64,000 bases of DNA from a bacterium (lineage in GTDB: Bacteria; UBA8248): positions 64,001 through 128,000 of the forward strand of contig CBDBBI010000010.1 of NCBI GenBank assembly GCA_965202625.1. The letters are read 5' to 3'. The position numbers were made by a program, and so were the translations under genes. This document shows, one piece after another, positions 61,360 through 64,000 of this stretch. Below the pieces are notes generated by a model. That model did no database searches. It had not been told where the DNA came from and saw only the letters and a program-made list of their open reading frames with translations. Numbering within the stretch: position 1 is the stretch's first letter; each line of letters opens with the position of its first letter.

Positions 61360-62796
61360 TTATACCACTTCCGCTCTGTCGTGGTCGATGGTGTCATGCC
61401 CTCCAGGGTCAACCCAGATTCCCCTGTTCCTGAGTTCCCTCACCGCTCGCGCGACGTCCTCCTCCTCTCCGCGAAATTCACATACCTGCCACCCTGACCG
61501 CGCGCCTATCTCGCTTCTCACGACGTTGATGGAAAATGGATACTTCCTACTGAGTTCCCACAAAATGGGCTTATCGACGCAGTGGCGCGGTAAGGAGAGA
61601 ACTAGTCGGCGACATTTTCGAGATATGGGCGTCGCCTGAATGCCGATTGGTCCGTCGTTTTCAAGTCTCTCGAGAAAGCCGCCGACGACCTCGGTGAGCT
61701 TATCGTATTGAACGAGGAAAGCGTCGTGCCCATAGGTGGATTCCACCGTGTGCAGCTCCACCTTCCGTCCGAGTTTTTGAAGAATTTGGGCGATCTCTAT
61801 GCTTCTCTCCGGCGGGAAGAGCCAGTCGGATATGAAGCATACGAGCATACATTTGGTATTCAGCCGGGAGAGCGACGCTTCGAGACTCTCGAAACCTGCG
61901 GAGGCGTCATACAGGTCCATCATGCGGGATATGTACAGATAGGAGTTTGCGTCGAAGCGCGTGACGAATTTCTCCCCCTGGTGGTCGAGGTAACTCTCCA
62001 CCTCGAATCGAGAGGCGATGTCATCAAGCATCTTGTCCTTGTCGCGAACCTCTCGGCCGAACTTCTCCCACATGATTCCCCTGCTCAAGTAGGTGATGTG
62101 CGCCAGCATGCGCGCCGCACTCAGTCCCTTACGCGGTCCTTGGTCGGGGGCGTAGTCCCCATCTTTCCACTCGTTGTCCGCAGTGATGGCTCTGCGGGCG
62201 ATTTTGTCCCATGCAATTCCCATCGGGTCCAAGCGCGCCGCTCCGGCGACTGGAATGACGGAATCGCAGAAATCACCGTAGCGCAGGCCCCATTCGAGAG
62301 TTTGCATGCCGGCGAGGGAGCCGCCGATCACCGTCTTGAGGCGTTTTACGCCCAGATGCTCGAGGAGCAGCCTATGGACGCGAACCGTGTCCTCCACCGT
62401 GATGACGGGGAAATCCATGTTGTAGACGCTTCCCGTAACGGGATTGATGGAGGTAGGCCCCGTGGTGCCTGAGCAACCTCCCAGATTGTTGGAGGAGACG
62501 ACGAAATATTTTCTTGTGTCGATCGCCTTGCCGGGGCCGATCATCGGGTCCCACCAACCCGAACGCGGATCATCAAGCGTGTGGAAGCCAGCCGCGTGTG
62601 CGTCGCCCGTTAAGGCGTGGACGACCAGAACCGCGTTGTCACCACTGGCGGAGAGCGCACCATACGTCTCGTAAGCGACTCGGACTTCAGGCAACGTCTT
62701 GCCGGAATTGGTCTGTAAGGGCTCAGGAAGGGTGAGCGTCTGTGTTTTCGTCAGTCCGACTGAATCGGGGGATCGGGAGGAACGTTGTTGGCGCAT
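61360..62796 (-). CDS. metX: homoserine O-acetyltransferase with a C-terminal NIL domain
   Basis: HALTG, GGCSGTTGP, GGSLAGMQ, RFDAN, SDWLFP, YGHDAFL; extra C-terminal domain RLVLSLP...DKPILWELSRKY...GIWV. Confidence 0.92.
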   Translation of the reverse strand: MRQQRSSRSPDSVGLTKTQTLTLPEPLQTNSGKTLPEVRVAYETYGALSASGDNAVLVVHALTGDAHAAGFHTLDDPRSGWWDPMIGPGKAIDTRKYFVVSSNNLGGCSGTTGPTSINPVTGSVYNMDFPVITVEDTVRVHRLLLEHLGVKRLKTVIGGSLAGMQTLEWGLRYGDFCDSVIPVAGAARLDPMGIAWDKIARRAITADNEWKDGDYAPDQGPRKGLSAARMLAHITYLSRGIMWEKFGREVRDKDKMLDDIASRFEVESYLDHQGEKFVTRFDANSYLYISRMMDLYDASAGFESLEASLSRLNTKCMLVCFISDWLFPPERSIEIAQILQKLGRKVELHTVESTYGHDAFLVQYDKLTEVVGGFLERLENDGPIGIQATPISRKCRRLVLSLPRHCVDKPILWELSRKYPFSINVVRSEIGARSGWQVCEFRGEEEDVARAVRELRNRGIWVDPGGHDTIDHDRAEVV

Positions 62797-63039
62797 GATC
62801 CGGGACGAGTTCCTTATTCCAAAAACGAGAGTAACTACTGATTTGTAGCAAAATTACGCAGTTTTCACATGCCTGTTCAAGTGGAATGGGCGGTTCGCAC
62901 ACTTTTTCCTTGTTTGTCGGAGGAGTGGTTGCTACATTTTCATCAGCAAAATGATATAGGGCGAATGCTTTGTCGTTTTCTGTTCTAGGGAGGCTGAGGG
63001 CTTGACGCCATATTCGCCGCCGTCCTTTGGGTGTGCCAA

Positions 63040-63828
63040 ATGATAGTTCGTCCATGGGATAACCATGTTCGCCTCATCTCTCAACATGACCACGCTAGGG
63101 CGGCGGGCGCGATTGCGCGAAACTGGATGGGGATCGAATCGCTTCCCCCCCCGCCTGAGGCACTCAGAGAGAAGGTCTTGTTCGCCGTAGACAACCATGA
63201 CGTGGGATGGTGCCGTCCGGACGCCACGCCGACTTTGGACAAAATGACGAACCTGCCCACCAGCTTTTTTGGGATCACGGCCGACAAGGCTATAGAAATA
63301 TGGGCGGAGGGTATTGAGTCCTGCGCGTCTTTTGACCCGTTTTCCGGTTATCTGGTGAGCCTACATTTCACCTCGCTCGCCTCGATCGCCGCCGAAGGAA
63401 GAAGGGGTGCTCCGCAAGAGGTTTGCAATCTGCTGCATGGGTTCATTCACGCAGAAATCAAGCGGCAGGAAAGGCTGGACGCTCTTATCAAGCCGGAGGA
63501 TAGGGGTGCGATCGCGGATTCCGTGTCGCTGCTCCGGGCTTGCGATACGCTATCCCTACTGGCGTGTCGGGCGCCTGAAATCACCTTGCCGGATGACACC
63601 ATTCACCCGTTGGCGCAAAACGGCCTGAAAGTGAAAACCACGAGCGTGGACGATCTACAAATATCTCCGTGGCCGTTCTCCAAACATTCTATCAAATTGC
63701 GAATGCCAGGGTTGGCTATACCGGGCGAGCGTTTCGAGAACGAAAAGGAATTGGCCGAGGCGTTGCCCTTGGCGGAGCCTATCGTGTTTTCTAGCGTTCT
63801 CACGCGAATGCCAGAGCGCGCGCGATGA
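63040..63828 (+). CDS. DUF3891 family protein
   Basis: MIVR...ISQHDHA..AG..A..W, NHDVGW, LVSLHF, CDTLSL, PWPF. Confidence 0.8.
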   Translation: MIVRPWDNHVRLISQHDHARAAGAIARNWMGIESLPPPPEALREKVLFAVDNHDVGWCRPDATPTLDKMTNLPTSFFGITADKAIEIWAEGIESCASFDPFSGYLVSLHFTSLASIAAEGRRGAPQEVCNLLHGFIHAEIKRQERLDALIKPEDRGAIADSVSLLRACDTLSLLACRAPEITLPDDTIHPLAQNGLKVKTTSVDDLQISPWPFSKHSIKLRMPGLAIPGERFENEKELAEALPLAEPIVFSSVLTRMPERAR

Positions 63829-63859
63829 AGCCGCCCGGAACGAGGCTCAAGGCTCGTGA

Positions 63860-64000
63860 ATGAAAGGTGAAGCCCCCATTCTAGAGCTGGACGTCGTCGC
63901 CGGGCTTATCTGGAACAAGGGGCGGGTTCTCATTTGTCAGCGTCCGATGGGCGGGCACATGCCCGGTCTCTGGGAGTTTCCCGGCGGCAAGATAGAGCGT
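63860..64000 (+). CDS. mutT: MutT/NUDIX hydrolase, runs off the right edge
   Basis: VVAGLIWNKGRVLICQRP..GHMPGLWEFPGGKIE. Confidence 0.85.
   Translation, partial: MKGEAPILELDVVAGLIWNKGRVLICQRPMGGHMPGLWEFPGGKIER

Noticed and set aside
62797-63039. Possible SAM riboswitch upstream of metX
   Set aside because: No SAM-I/II consensus was recognised; it looks like an AT-rich divergent promoter region.
1-64000. CRISPR arrays, rRNA, prophage or intact IS elements
   Set aside because: No regularly spaced repeats or hallmark genes were seen by eye.

Overview
This window looks like chromosomal DNA from a GC-rich diderm bacterium. It carries housekeeping genes (tyrS, an aminotransferase, coaD, moaB, sdhCAB, queC, priA, metX, a partial mutT), two tRNAs (Asn-GTT, Val-CAC) and many redox or catabolic enzymes. 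Five things stand out. (1) Three thioredoxin-fold genes are split in the ORF track by an in-frame TGA that sits exactly at the catalytic Cys (WTFG-U-INC, HEYH-U-PWA, SDYT-U-PFC). Each TGA is followed by a SECIS-like hairpin, so these are probably hidden selenoproteins. (2) One of them heads a tightly coupled four-gene operon: exported Sec-redoxin, cytochrome b, small membrane protein, and Tat-exported MsrP/YedY-like molybdoenzyme. This is a candidate selenium-dependent envelope redox or repair system. (3) Two cobalamin riboswitches in tandem control btuB-btuF-btuC-btuD-tonB plus an uncharacterised HutX/ChuX-like protein. (4) A lone, AT-richer HNH + ParB/Srx(DGQHK) fusion gene lies at the tRNA-Asn 3' end and is a candidate anti-phage nuclease. 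(5) MetX is fused to a NIL domain. At least seven decayed loci suggest ongoing genome erosion. All family calls come from reading motifs by eye; no searches were run.
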